Numbered from the stretch's first letter, positions 48,787 to 58,224 are shown. The stretch: 64,000 bases of DNA from Candidatus Anderseniibacteriota bacterium (GCA_021414205.1 JAIOOW010000002.1:18692-82691), one strand, 5' to 3'. Notes: generated from the letters alone by a model not told the origin. Numbers and translations are program-made.

Positions 48787-50205
48787 TTATTTTCTCTCTG
48801 TTATGCGGAAATTTATGAGTTGTGGACAAATTGTTCCCGATATTTCTGTCTTCGCGTCGCCTTGTATGCGATAGTCAACGGTGTATTTGGCCTGGTTTTT
48901 ATGATCCTCATCCATAAACTGAATACCTGAATACTGCCTGCTCCAAAATTCTAGCCTGTTATAAATATGAACATTTTCAGAAGTAACCGGCCCAAGACCG
49001 CTTAGACATGCAAATAGTTGCCTAGTATCGACTAACGCAGAGGCGCTGTCAGTTCGATTACCAAGTGAGAATAGATTTGTTGAACCCCCAGCATTCAAAT
49101 ACGGAACGGCAATTCCAAATATCGCCCACACAATAAGAGCTGTGCATATCAGCCAAGGTATTATAGTAGCAACAATAGCGCTGCGTTTTCGAACCAATGC
49201 AATAATAGCTTCTAGTCCAATACCCGAAAGCATCCAAAACCCAATAACAAATACAGTCATGTATCGCAAACTGAATCGATCGATGATGCGTAATAAAACG
49301 AACATATGAATTATCAGGGCTATCGCAATAATCCATGCGATTTTTCTGTGTTTTGAAAAGAATAAGGGGATAACTGCGAGCACGCTGAGCAACATTGTCA
49401 CAATCCCCATGCTAATAGGTGACAGTTCTTTGCCCGTATACGATGCTATATAAGAGGAACCAGAAATTATTTCCGGAAATAAGGATGGAAATGTAGAAAT
49501 ACGATCAGAAAATGTTTCTGCAATTGCTTTTTGACTTCCCTGATCGTCCGGATACAGCTGGATAATAGCAAACTGCATGGCAAACCCCGCAATAAACCCA
49601 ATAATAATTGGCCATGCAGATATAATCATCTTTGGTTTTCGAACAATACATATAATTCCGCATACAACAATCGCAATAAGCGTCGGCAAAAATAATAGAT
49701 GATTCGCAAGCCCAAGCCCACCGGCTAGGCCCGCTAGTAAGAATTTATGCCTCCACGAAGATTGCAACAGCCATATGATTACAACAGCAAACAACGGTAA
49801 CAGCGTGACTGCCCAGCCAAGCCGTTGTTGTGTGATATATATTGGCGAAAAAGTGAGAAATAGTAGAGGGGTCAAGCTCTGATATTTGCCCAAATACTTT
49901 ATAAGTAAATATGCGCTGATTATAAAAAACAGCGCAGATGCCAAAAACGTAACACTTCTAAGCGCAAACGCCGTGTATCCAAACACTACTACAAAGGGTA
50001 CTCGCGCATAGTCTATGCCAGCACCGATATACGACCGCTCCCCCAGCACTTCTATCTTTTTCTGATCCAGCATATGGAACACATTCTCACCTTCATGAGC
50101 CTCGTCACCCATTAATCCCGGAATTGTGGTCAAATATGCGCCGTTTAATGCAAGAAATACGACAAATAGCGCTACATGAAATTTGTATGCAATTAATTTC
50201 AACAT
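48787..50205 (-). CDS. GT-C-fold glycosyltransferase (ArnT/PMT-like).
   Basis: TIPGLMGDEAHEGENVFHML (DE first-loop motif) followed by about 12 TM helices. 472 aa. Confidence 0.5.
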   Translation of the reverse strand: MLKLIAYKFHVALFVVFLALNGAYLTTIPGLMGDEAHEGENVFHMLDQKKIEVLGERSYIGAGIDYARVPFVVVFGYTAFALRSVTFLASALFFIISAYLLIKYLGKYQSLTPLLFLTFSPIYITQQRLGWAVTLLPLFAVVIIWLLQSSWRHKFLLAGLAGGLGLANHLLFLPTLIAIVVCGIICIVRKPKMIISAWPIIIGFIAGFAMQFAIIQLYPDDQGSQKAIAETFSDRISTFPSLFPEIISGSSYIASYTGKELSPISMGIVTMLLSVLAVIPLFFSKHRKIAWIIAIALIIHMFVLLRIIDRFSLRYMTVFVIGFWMLSGIGLEAIIALVRKRSAIVATIIPWLICTALIVWAIFGIAVPYLNAGGSTNLFSLGNRTDSASALVDTRQLFACLSGLGPVTSENVHIYNRLEFWSRQYSGIQFMDEDHKNQAKYTVDYRIQGDAKTEISGTICPQLINFRITERK

Positions 50206-50224
50206 ACTGATATACTACACCAAT

Positions 50225-52429
50225 ATGAATTGGCGAGCATGGATAGTACCTGGCATAGTGATTGTAGTCATCGGAATATTTTTTATTCCCGTTATTCAGC
50301 ACAGGGTACTTTCCTATGGAATTGATTCGTACGCAACCCACGCGCCGTTATTTACCGGACATACTGCTTCGCAAGCGTTTACTACGCAATCAAATATTAT
50401 TGGCATCGGTACAATTCTCGTTAATCTCCATCACGCAAAGCAACTCACGCCAGTTACCGTGACTGTATTCAATACAGCATCGAACACACTTCTGGTATCA
50501 AAAACGATTCTTCCAATAGATATTCACGACGATCAATTTGCATACATTAATTTTCCAAGTACGCCGATTCCAGCAAATACCCCGATTAAAATAGAATACT
50601 CTGCTCCAAACTCTACCGTTCAAAATCCAGTTGGAGTGCGATTCGGATCCAATAAGGAAGATATATCGCTTGCGCTTATAGAGAAAGTTCCTGTGTGGCG
50701 AGCAATACTCACAGTTGCTCACAATCGTCAAAACGATTGGAAATATGTCGCACCCGTGAGCATATTCGCACTACTCGTTTGCATTCCCGCATTATTCCCA
50801 ACAAAAAGATCCATAGCATTTTGGATAGCAACGGCTATTATTGCAATTTCTGCATACGCAATCATGCTCTGGATCATCCCACAATTCGGAGGCGTAAGTG
50901 GCGGCGACCCATACGACTATTTAGGCATCGCTCAATCGATACAGCACGGTCAAAATCCCTTCTTAAACACAAAACGACTCCCAGGATATCCGCTCTTACT
51001 TGTTCCAACGTTTGCATCCAGAGCTTTTGACGATCAATTCGTGATGCGCGTTATTACAAGCACTGCCGGAATAATAGGAATCATTTTAATCGCACTCATT
51101 GCTCGCACTCTTACTTCTTCATTGATCCCCGCTATCGGCTCTGCAGCCATTCTCGCATTTCAGAAAGACTACATCTGGACAGCAATGAGGCCGGAACCGT
51201 ATGCAGTATATGCAATGCTATTGCTTCTTGCGCTATATCTATTCTTTTTATCTTATCAGCAGCAGTCCAAGCTTTGGATACGTATCGCATTTGGCCTATG
51301 CTTAGGATATGCCGCCATGACTCGCCAAGAGGGATTCGTTCTTGCGGCAGTACTTGGATCATGCTCTTTTGCCTATGAGCTAGCGCGCGGAAAAAGCATT
51401 GTTCGTTTTATAAGTATGTATGTACCAGCTTTTGCAATCGTGCTTCCTTTTTTCATAACAAACACTATTGCATACCATAATCCATTCTATCTGAAATACC
51501 TACAGGACGAACGATTACAACCCGTAGATTCATTCCTTGCATTCCAAGATTCTCTAGGGGCAACGTGGGGAATAGTCGGATCAATGTGGAAAGCATCCTG
51601 GAGCCAGCTTGAGCGACTATCACTCACATCAGTCCCATTACTATCAGGCATCATCAGCATGTGGGGATGGTATGCATATATTCGATATAATAAGAACAAG
51701 ACTGTTGGAATGATCGTAACAGCGCTTCTCTTGCTCATGAGTGCTGGAATGATACTGGCGAGCGTATATGCAAAAGCAAATTTTAGCGGACTATTTACGC
51801 AGATAAGTGCAGGATTTATCCTCGCCAGCATTCCCGTATTTTTCATAGAAACAAAATGGAAAGGTGTAGTTATCGCTCTTGTTTTATTGTCGCAAATCGG
51901 AATTGCAACATGGTTTCATCCATTTCCCAAGCATTACCAGCAATCTTATCCGTTAATTGTGCTAATGATCGGCACAGCATTGCTTGCAAGAGCTCCAAAT
52001 AAAAAACTTCTTTTTTCATACGCCGCATTAATAACATCTATCCTACCGTTTCTATTAATAAGCACGATGCTAGGACAACAATTAAATACTGCAATAGATA
52101 AGCAAAATCAAGACACTGCATTAGATTCTGTAACATACAGAGCTGCACGTTATGCGCGCAACCTTCCTCAGCCAATAGGTTTCGATCAAGCATACTTGCC
52201 AGCGCGTCTATATTTCGATCCTGATGCAATATACTTTCCTGCTGAAGATAACCCAACGCCCCAAATGGAAAAAGACTGGCTCGCAAAAAATCCTATCAAG
52301 ACGATGATAGTAACAAATGCTGAGAAAATATTCTCAAAACCATATCCGAATTGGACGGTAGTAAAAACATTCAAGGCAGCAGGGAATGACGATAAAATTT
52401 TTGAAAGTATTGTATATTCAGTACATTGA
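50225..52429 (+). CDS. GT-C-like polytopic membrane protein with an N-terminal anchored periplasmic domain.
   Basis: The TM anchor is followed by a roughly 170-aa soluble domain and a multi-TM core. GGVSGGDPYDYLGIAQ is an acidic first-loop motif. Start set at MNWRAW to avoid overlap with the divergent gene; the ORF track starts at 50183. Confidence 0.45.
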   Translation: MNWRAWIVPGIVIVVIGIFFIPVIQHRVLSYGIDSYATHAPLFTGHTASQAFTTQSNIIGIGTILVNLHHAKQLTPVTVTVFNTASNTLLVSKTILPIDIHDDQFAYINFPSTPIPANTPIKIEYSAPNSTVQNPVGVRFGSNKEDISLALIEKVPVWRAILTVAHNRQNDWKYVAPVSIFALLVCIPALFPTKRSIAFWIATAIIAISAYAIMLWIIPQFGGVSGGDPYDYLGIAQSIQHGQNPFLNTKRLPGYPLLLVPTFASRAFDDQFVMRVITSTAGIIGIILIALIARTLTSSLIPAIGSAAILAFQKDYIWTAMRPEPYAVYAMLLLLALYLFFLSYQQQSKLWIRIAFGLCLGYAAMTRQEGFVLAAVLGSCSFAYELARGKSIVRFISMYVPAFAIVLPFFITNTIAYHNPFYLKYLQDERLQPVDSFLAFQDSLGATWGIVGSMWKASWSQLERLSLTSVPLLSGIISMWGWYAYIRYNKNKTVGMIVTALLLLMSAGMILASVYAKANFSGLFTQISAGFILASIPVFFIETKWKGVVIALVLLSQIGIATWFHPFPKHYQQSYPLIVLMIGTALLARAPNKKLLFSYAALITSILPFLLISTMLGQQLNTAIDKQNQDTALDSVTYRAARYARNLPQPIGFDQAYLPARLYFDPDAIYFPAEDNPTPQMEKDWLAKNPIKTMIVTNAEKIFSKPYPNWTVVKTFKAAGNDDKIFESIVYSVH

Positions 52430-52432
52430 CGT

Positions 52433-54235
52433 ATGGATACTTCACTCGCATTTGAAACATACCAGGGTGCATTGGCAGGGATTATCTTTGGCATCGGAGC
52501 ATTACTTGCTGCATTATTGCCAAAATACAAATGGTTCGCATCTGCAATTCTGCTCGTACTCATAACCCCGATCGCGCTTGCTCCTTTTTGGTTCAGCGCA
52601 GACAAATTGGGTATTTCCGACTGGGATTACTACTTTTCAATGCACACGAATCTGTGGCAAACAATTACTCAGTTTCATCAGTTTCCATTATGGAATCCGT
52701 TTACCTGTGGAGGAACATCCGCATTAGGCGATCCGGAATTTCCTGTATTATCTCCCCTATTCTTACTCGAATTGGCTTTTGGAACTCCGGCAGGCCTGAA
52801 GCTTTCCATCTATTTCGCAACTGCAATCGGAGCTTTAGGCATGCTGTTTTTAGCAAAAAAGATGAACATGTCGCCACTTGCCGGACTCACAGCAGGAATG
52901 GGCCTCGCATTCGGCTCCGTTAATTTACTGGAAATAGTCGAGGGCCATCAAAATATTTTGGCGTTCATGTATATTCCATGGATATTTTTAACCTGGTATA
53001 TCGCATACCAATCTGAATTAAAAAAGAAATACCTCTATACCGTCATAACGGCCATTTTATTAACGCTCGTCTTTTTCCAGGGCGGATTATATTTGCTCAT
53101 GTATATGACGGCTGCGTTCATTATCTTACCGTTCCTCGTATCAAACCCGAAAAAAGCAATCTTCATCACCCTTACAGCGGGAATATTAGCGATGGGGTTG
53201 GCATCGGTAAAATTAATCCCTGTGATTTATTGGGTACACGAATTTCAAGATAAGGCATATGCAAGCTCTGCATACACGCTGTCATCAATGGATAAAATTT
53301 TACTTGGTAGATACTTACATGGCGTAGAAAATGTTATTCCAAACCAAGGAAGCGGCTGGCATGAATACGGTGCATACATCGGCCCTGTGATGCTTGTGCT
53401 GGCATTACTTGGATTTATCACCCATCGCAAAAATAGATTCGCGCAAGCACTGCTTATTACTGGGGCAATTGCATTATTTGGATCATCATTTGGACCATAC
53501 CTAAAACCATTCTTCGACCACGTACCATTTATTCCAAGATCGAACATAGCAAGAATTATTTTATTTACCATTATCCCTCTGTGCATGTTATCCGGGATGG
53601 GAATTGACTGGCTTCAAAAAAAATCCAGAATTTTAAAATACATAGCAATCATTCTTATAACACTTGCAGCAGTTGATCTCATGTCACTTGCCTATCCTTT
53701 AGCATCACAAGCATTCGTCTTGCCTCAAGAACCTATTACTCTTGGACAGGCGCAATTCCCGATTCAATACGATCCATTTAATTACAAAACACGATACGAG
53801 GGCGTCGACTATACTCGAGCATACGAGGCAACCTTAAAAGGGTATGGGACGCTTTCGTATTGCTCCGTACTTGGGCCGGACCCGGCAGTAAGTATTATCA
53901 CGGACGAGGGAAACAGCTACGTATCATTCCCAAGCAATCATGACGCCAGCTTTACAATAAATTCCTGGGCGCCAAATAAAGTAATCATCACCGTTACGTC
54001 GCCAATTGCGTCATCGGCAATAATAAACGCAAACTATGCGGACGGATGGATGGTAAGCGGCAACCCTGCTAAAAATATTGCAAATAAAGTGGGTACGCAA
54101 ATTCCAGCAGGAACCACACAACTAACATTTCAATATGTTCCGAAAGGCATGCTTCCAGGAATAGCAGTCACTGTACTAGCGACAATTATTACATTACTCG
54201 TACTTCTCTTATCGGCTGTACGAAGAGAAAAGTAA
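52433..54235 (+). CDS. YfhO-like polytopic membrane glycosyltransferase candidate.
   Basis: N-terminal FPLWNPFTCGGTSALGDP and C-terminal NANYADGWMVSGNPAKN...IPAGTTQLTFQYVP + TM. Confidence 0.55.
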   Translation: MDTSLAFETYQGALAGIIFGIGALLAALLPKYKWFASAILLVLITPIALAPFWFSADKLGISDWDYYFSMHTNLWQTITQFHQFPLWNPFTCGGTSALGDPEFPVLSPLFLLELAFGTPAGLKLSIYFATAIGALGMLFLAKKMNMSPLAGLTAGMGLAFGSVNLLEIVEGHQNILAFMYIPWIFLTWYIAYQSELKKKYLYTVITAILLTLVFFQGGLYLLMYMTAAFIILPFLVSNPKKAIFITLTAGILAMGLASVKLIPVIYWVHEFQDKAYASSAYTLSSMDKILLGRYLHGVENVIPNQGSGWHEYGAYIGPVMLVLALLGFITHRKNRFAQALLITGAIALFGSSFGPYLKPFFDHVPFIPRSNIARIILFTIIPLCMLSGMGIDWLQKKSRILKYIAIILITLAAVDLMSLAYPLASQAFVLPQEPITLGQAQFPIQYDPFNYKTRYEGVDYTRAYEATLKGYGTLSYCSVLGPDPAVSIITDEGNSYVSFPSNHDASFTINSWAPNKVIITVTSPIASSAIINANYADGWMVSGNPAKNIANKVGTQIPAGTTQLTFQYVPKGMLPGIAVTVLATIITLLVLLLSAVRREK

Positions 54236-54243
54236 AAAGCAAA

Positions 54244-55254
54244 TTACTTGGCCCCGAGAATACTTCGCTTATACTGATCGAGATTTTCAAGCGCAGCACC
54301 GGCGCCTTTTACCACGCACACCAACGGATCATCTGCAACATATACCGGGACTTGCGTTGCATGCGATATCACTTGATCAAGATTCTTAAGCAATGCTCCT
54401 CCTCCAGAAATCACAATACCTTTATCTATAACGTCTGATGCTAATTCCGGCGGTGTATCTTGCAATACATATTTGATTGCCTGCAACACCTCCATGATTG
54501 GATCGCGCAGAGCTTCTGTTACCTCATGAGAAGATATAACCGTTTCCTTTGGTAGACCGCTTGCTAGATCCCTTCCACGAATACTCATTTGCTGAGATTC
54601 TTCTTCGATAACAGCAGATCCTATTTCTTTTTTAATAGCTTCTGCCGTAGGCTCTCCAATTGTAATTCCATATCGCTTTTTAATGTGCTCAATAATTGCA
54701 TGGTCGAATGCATTACCTCCAACACGGGCAGAATGTGCCACAACGATACCGCCTAGCGACAATACTGCGGCTTCTGTTGTACCTCCTCCGATATCCACAA
54801 TCATATGTCCGGAAGATTCTCCAATTGGAATGCTCGCACCGATAGCAGCAGCGATAGGCTCCTTGATAAGATATGCAGCCTTAGCACCGGCGGATACTAC
54901 AGCATCAACTACTGCGCGTCGTTCCGTACTTGTGATGCCCGCAGGAACAGAAACTAATACTTCAGGACGTAAAAATCTCACTGATGCACCGATTTTCTTC
55001 AATAAATATCGAATCATGGCTTCGGCCACTCGATAATCAGCGATAACACCATCTTTCAATGGGCGATGAACGATAATATTCTCCGGCGTTCGCCCAAGCA
55101 TAGCATATGCATCGTTTCCAACAGCAAGCACGGCATTATCTATTTGAGATATCGCAACAACAGAAGGCTCGTTTAATACAATCCCCTTGCCCGGAACATA
55201 CATGAGCGTATTTGTCGTCCCTAAATCTATTGCAATTTTGCGTGTTAATGCCAT
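54244..55254 (-). CDS. mreB: Rod shape-determining protein MreB (actin homologue).
   Basis: IAIDLGTTNTLMYVPGKGIVLNEPSVVAI, DIGGGTTE, and full-length colinearity with MreB. Confidence 0.85.
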   Translation of the reverse strand: MALTRKIAIDLGTTNTLMYVPGKGIVLNEPSVVAISQIDNAVLAVGNDAYAMLGRTPENIIVHRPLKDGVIADYRVAEAMIRYLLKKIGASVRFLRPEVLVSVPAGITSTERRAVVDAVVSAGAKAAYLIKEPIAAAIGASIPIGESSGHMIVDIGGGTTEAAVLSLGGIVVAHSARVGGNAFDHAIIEHIKKRYGITIGEPTAEAIKKEIGSAVIEEESQQMSIRGRDLASGLPKETVISSHEVTEALRDPIMEVLQAIKYVLQDTPPELASDVIDKGIVISGGGALLKNLDQVISHATQVPVYVADDPLVCVVKGAGAALENLDQYKRSILGAK

Positions 55255-55259
55255 ACCAA

Positions 55260-56507
55260 TTATTCAGCTTTGGTAATCTTTGCGCCCAGTTTTTGCAACC
55301 GTCCAACCAAATCAGCATATCCGCGCTCGATATGCTCCGCCTGATCAATGATAGTCTCTCCTGTTGCAACCAATCCTGCGATAACAAGCGTAGCGCCTGA
55401 ACGAATATCTAGACCAGGTATCCTGCGCCCTGTAAGCTTTGTAGGCCCTGTAACTACAACGCGATGAGGGTCGCACACGACGGCACGAGCACCCATTTTT
55501 TGTAATTCCATGATGTGCTTAAACCTGCCTTCATACATCGGGTCATGAATCATGCTATTACCCTCTGCAACGCAGGCAATTACTGCGAATGGTGCTTGCA
55601 AATCCGTAGCAATACCTGGGTATGGCAATGCTTGCACGGAAAAGGACTTTAATTCAGCAGGATGGACGGTTACGTCTTTTCCAGAAATCGCATACTTAAT
55701 TCCAATCTCATCGCACACTTTAAAAAACAATAATAAATCCTGAAGCGGAACATTCTTAACAGTAAGCTCTGACTTCGTTGCAGCAGCTAGAAGGATAAAA
55801 AATCCAGCCTCCAACATATCTTGGATATTCGTAAATTCTGCGCCGCTCAATTTTTCGGATCCAGTAACAACAATAGTATGAGTGCCTTTGCCGTCGATTT
55901 TTGCCCCCATCTTTTCTAGTAATTCACACAACGCAACAACATGGGGCTCAGTTGCTGCGATAGAAATAGTCGTAGTACCAGGAAGTGTTGCGGCAACAAG
56001 TAATACATTTTCCGTTGCTGTCACAGAAAATTCTCGCAACACGACATTTCCGGCATGCATATGCTTACCATCAATACGCACCATTTCGCCGTCATCCTCA
56101 ACAATTGCTCCAAGCTGTGTAAATGCATCAAGATGCGCATCGATTGGTCGAGCGCCAATAACATCTCCACCAGGCCGTCTCAAAACAACAGAGCGTTTGC
56201 GGCCCAGCAACGCTCCAAGCAATAAAATGGATCCTCGTAGCTGCCCCACTAAATCTTGCGCAATGTGATCCTCATCCACATTTTGCGCATGCACCGTAAC
56301 AACATCACCTTCGCGGCGCATTTGAACGCCCAATGAAGCATATATATCCGCAACGCGATCAATATCTGAAATCCTCGGCATATTGCGCAATACGACCTCG
56401 TCCTCCGTTAATAGCGTTGCCGCAAGAAGGGGTAAAGAAGCGTTTTTTGACCCATATACCTCAATTTCTCCAAATAGTTTTGCGGGCCCTTCTATCTTTA
56501 CAATCAT
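55260..56507 (-). CDS. murA: UDP-N-acetylglucosamine 1-carboxyvinyltransferase MurA, with Asp instead of Cys at the fosfomycin-target position.
   Basis: GSKNASLPLL (K22), LRRPGGDVIGARPIDAHL aligning to E. coli LPGGCTIGARPVDLHI (Cys115 becomes Asp), and ATDLQA. Start set at MIVKIEGP; the ORF track adds 27 residues that overlap the divergent gene. Confidence 0.85.
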   Translation of the reverse strand: MIVKIEGPAKLFGEIEVYGSKNASLPLLAATLLTEDEVVLRNMPRISDIDRVADIYASLGVQMRREGDVVTVHAQNVDEDHIAQDLVGQLRGSILLLGALLGRKRSVVLRRPGGDVIGARPIDAHLDAFTQLGAIVEDDGEMVRIDGKHMHAGNVVLREFSVTATENVLLVAATLPGTTTISIAATEPHVVALCELLEKMGAKIDGKGTHTIVVTGSEKLSGAEFTNIQDMLEAGFFILLAAATKSELTVKNVPLQDLLLFFKVCDEIGIKYAISGKDVTVHPAELKSFSVQALPYPGIATDLQAPFAVIACVAEGNSMIHDPMYEGRFKHIMELQKMGARAVVCDPHRVVVTGPTKLTGRRIPGLDIRSGATLVIAGLVATGETIIDQAEHIERGYADLVGRLQKLGAKITKAE

Positions 56508-56557
56508 AGGTAGAGAATACATACTATGGAGCAAAGTTTCAATAAGCTTTTTAACGT

Positions 56558-57883
56558 ATGCATCTGAACATTCGAAGATTACTTTCAATCGTGGCTTTTA
56601 TAGCTTTTATCGCTATAGCGCCTGTAATTGTTTTATACGCTATCGGCTATCGATCCGTCAGCACTTCTTTACCGGAACCTGTTGGAGTTGCGATTATTAA
56701 TGCGTTACCCAAAAAAGCTGTTGTATCCATAAACGGAACAGCATATGGAACAGTTCCTCGATCTGTGCCAAACCTCCTCCCAGGGACAGTTGAGGTGCAG
56801 GTAGCAAAAGACGGATACCAACCGTGGCAAAAAAAGCTAGAAATAAAACCAATGCAAGCAACGGATGCCCGCAACATCAAACTGATTCCAACTACGCAAG
56901 ATACCGACGAACTTACAGCTGACGCAACAGCATTTGCAACATCTCCAGATGCATCGATTATCGCAATCGTAAATGCCAAAAACGAAATATTTTTCATGGA
57001 CCAAAATGGGAAATTTAAGACAAACAGCATTGCATTCAAATCCCCTATTACAGAAATGGTATGGTCCAATGATTCCAGCCGCGTCCTGATTGGCACAAAA
57101 CAATCAGGCTTCACTCTTTTGCAATTTTCAAATCAAGCAATAACGAAAAGCGCATTTGTACTTCCTGCAACCGATACGCGCGCGAAGTGGGATCCAGCAG
57201 ACAATCAATCCATACTAGCGCTCACAAGCAAGCATGAACTCGTACGCTATAACATCACAACATCGACAAGCGCTATAATAGATTCGAATTGCAATACATA
57301 CACATTCTCCAATAATCAACTCATATATCAGCGAATCGACAATACGCTTGTAAAAGGATCGTTTTCTCAAGATCTTAATCAGCGAGCATTATCGATATCA
57401 GCATCAGTAAATGGCGACCTTGCCATACTACTAGAATCCGGCGAGTTGCTTATCGTCGATACTCGCAACACAATCAATTCCATATCAGGACACGTACTAT
57501 CCTCCTCATGGTCCACGGACGGTTCTTTATTACTACTGCAATCCTCACCAAGCGAACTGGATATATATAACTTCAGCAACGAACGAATGAGAACGCTCCC
57601 GATTCATGAATCTCATGTGCTTGTGCGATTAGCAACAACCATCCTAAACCCGTCATGGTTCCCTGATAATGCGCATATAGTATATCAAACAGGATCCAAT
57701 CTTATATTATCCGAAGTAGATCCTCGAGATTATGTTATCTCAACAAAAATTGCAGATCTTCCGCAGCAAACGCAAAACAACATATGGATTGCGAAGGATA
57801 TGAATTCGCTTATTCACATCACTCAAGCAGGAAATACTACAAACCTGATTCGTACGTGGCTTGTAACAAAAGACGATAGATAA
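56558..57883 (+). CDS. Membrane-anchored PEGA-domain protein with a C-terminal TolB/WD40-like beta-propeller.
   Basis: N-terminal TM, a PEGA-like block (AVVSINGTAYGTVPRSVPNLLPGTVEVQVAKDGYQPWQ), then about six repeats of the SPD(A/G)S..a / WS.D.S blade type. Confidence 0.5.
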   Translation: MHLNIRRLLSIVAFIAFIAIAPVIVLYAIGYRSVSTSLPEPVGVAIINALPKKAVVSINGTAYGTVPRSVPNLLPGTVEVQVAKDGYQPWQKKLEIKPMQATDARNIKLIPTTQDTDELTADATAFATSPDASIIAIVNAKNEIFFMDQNGKFKTNSIAFKSPITEMVWSNDSSRVLIGTKQSGFTLLQFSNQAITKSAFVLPATDTRAKWDPADNQSILALTSKHELVRYNITTSTSAIIDSNCNTYTFSNNQLIYQRIDNTLVKGSFSQDLNQRALSISASVNGDLAILLESGELLIVDTRNTINSISGHVLSSSWSTDGSLLLLQSSPSELDIYNFSNERMRTLPIHESHVLVRLATTILNPSWFPDNAHIVYQTGSNLILSEVDPRDYVISTKIADLPQQTQNNIWIAKDMNSLIHITQAGNTTNLIRTWLVTKDDR

Positions 57884-57916
57884 AAAAGACCGGTAGCTAC
57901 ATGCGTAGACTACCGG
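57881..57916 (-). terminator. Rho-independent terminator downstream of csrA, bidirectional in geometry.
   Basis: Stem ccggtagctac / gtag(a)ctaccgg (about 11 bp with one bulge) and loop atgc. On the minus strand it is followed by TCTTTTTTA, directly after the convergent PEGA gene stop. Confidence 0.5.
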
Positions 57917-57944
57917 CAAACGTTCTCCTGAAAAATGTTCAAAC

Positions 57945-58133
57945 CTATGCCACCTTTTGCACAGGCACTTGCTCGGATTCTCCTGGGCCGAGCTCGCTGC
58001 GACGCACAGGAACATCCGTCGGAGCTTCGATTCCCAAGCGAACCTTGCCGCCCCGAACCTCCAGCACAGTAATGGTAATCAATCCACCGTCAATCAAAAT
58101 CTGCTGCTTCAATCCGCGAGTTAGCACCAACAT
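57945..58133 (-). CDS. csrA: Carbon storage regulator CsrA (RsmA family post-transcriptional regulator).
   Basis: MLVLTRGLKQQILIDGGLITITVLEVRGGKVRLGIEAPTDVPVRRSEL matches the CsrA consensus MLILTR..GE.I.IGD.I.I.VL.....V.IGI.AP..V.V.R.E. GGAGG RBS 9 nt upstream. GC is about 55% against about 42% locally. The ORF track's upstream extension is discounted. Confidence 0.75.
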   Translation of the reverse strand: MLVLTRGLKQQILIDGGLITITVLEVRGGKVRLGIEAPTDVPVRRSELGPGESEQVPVQKVA

Positions 58134-58224
58134 TTCAAGCCTCCATGCAAAGGACAACGCACAAGACGAATACCACTTACTCGTCTTGAATCCTTATAGC
58201 AAGTCTTGGGGCAAAAGTCAAGAC

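Noticed and set aside
55136-55400. Small ORFs (83 and 62 aa) spanning the mreB-murA junction.
   Set aside because: They overlap two strongly supported genes and have no features of their own.
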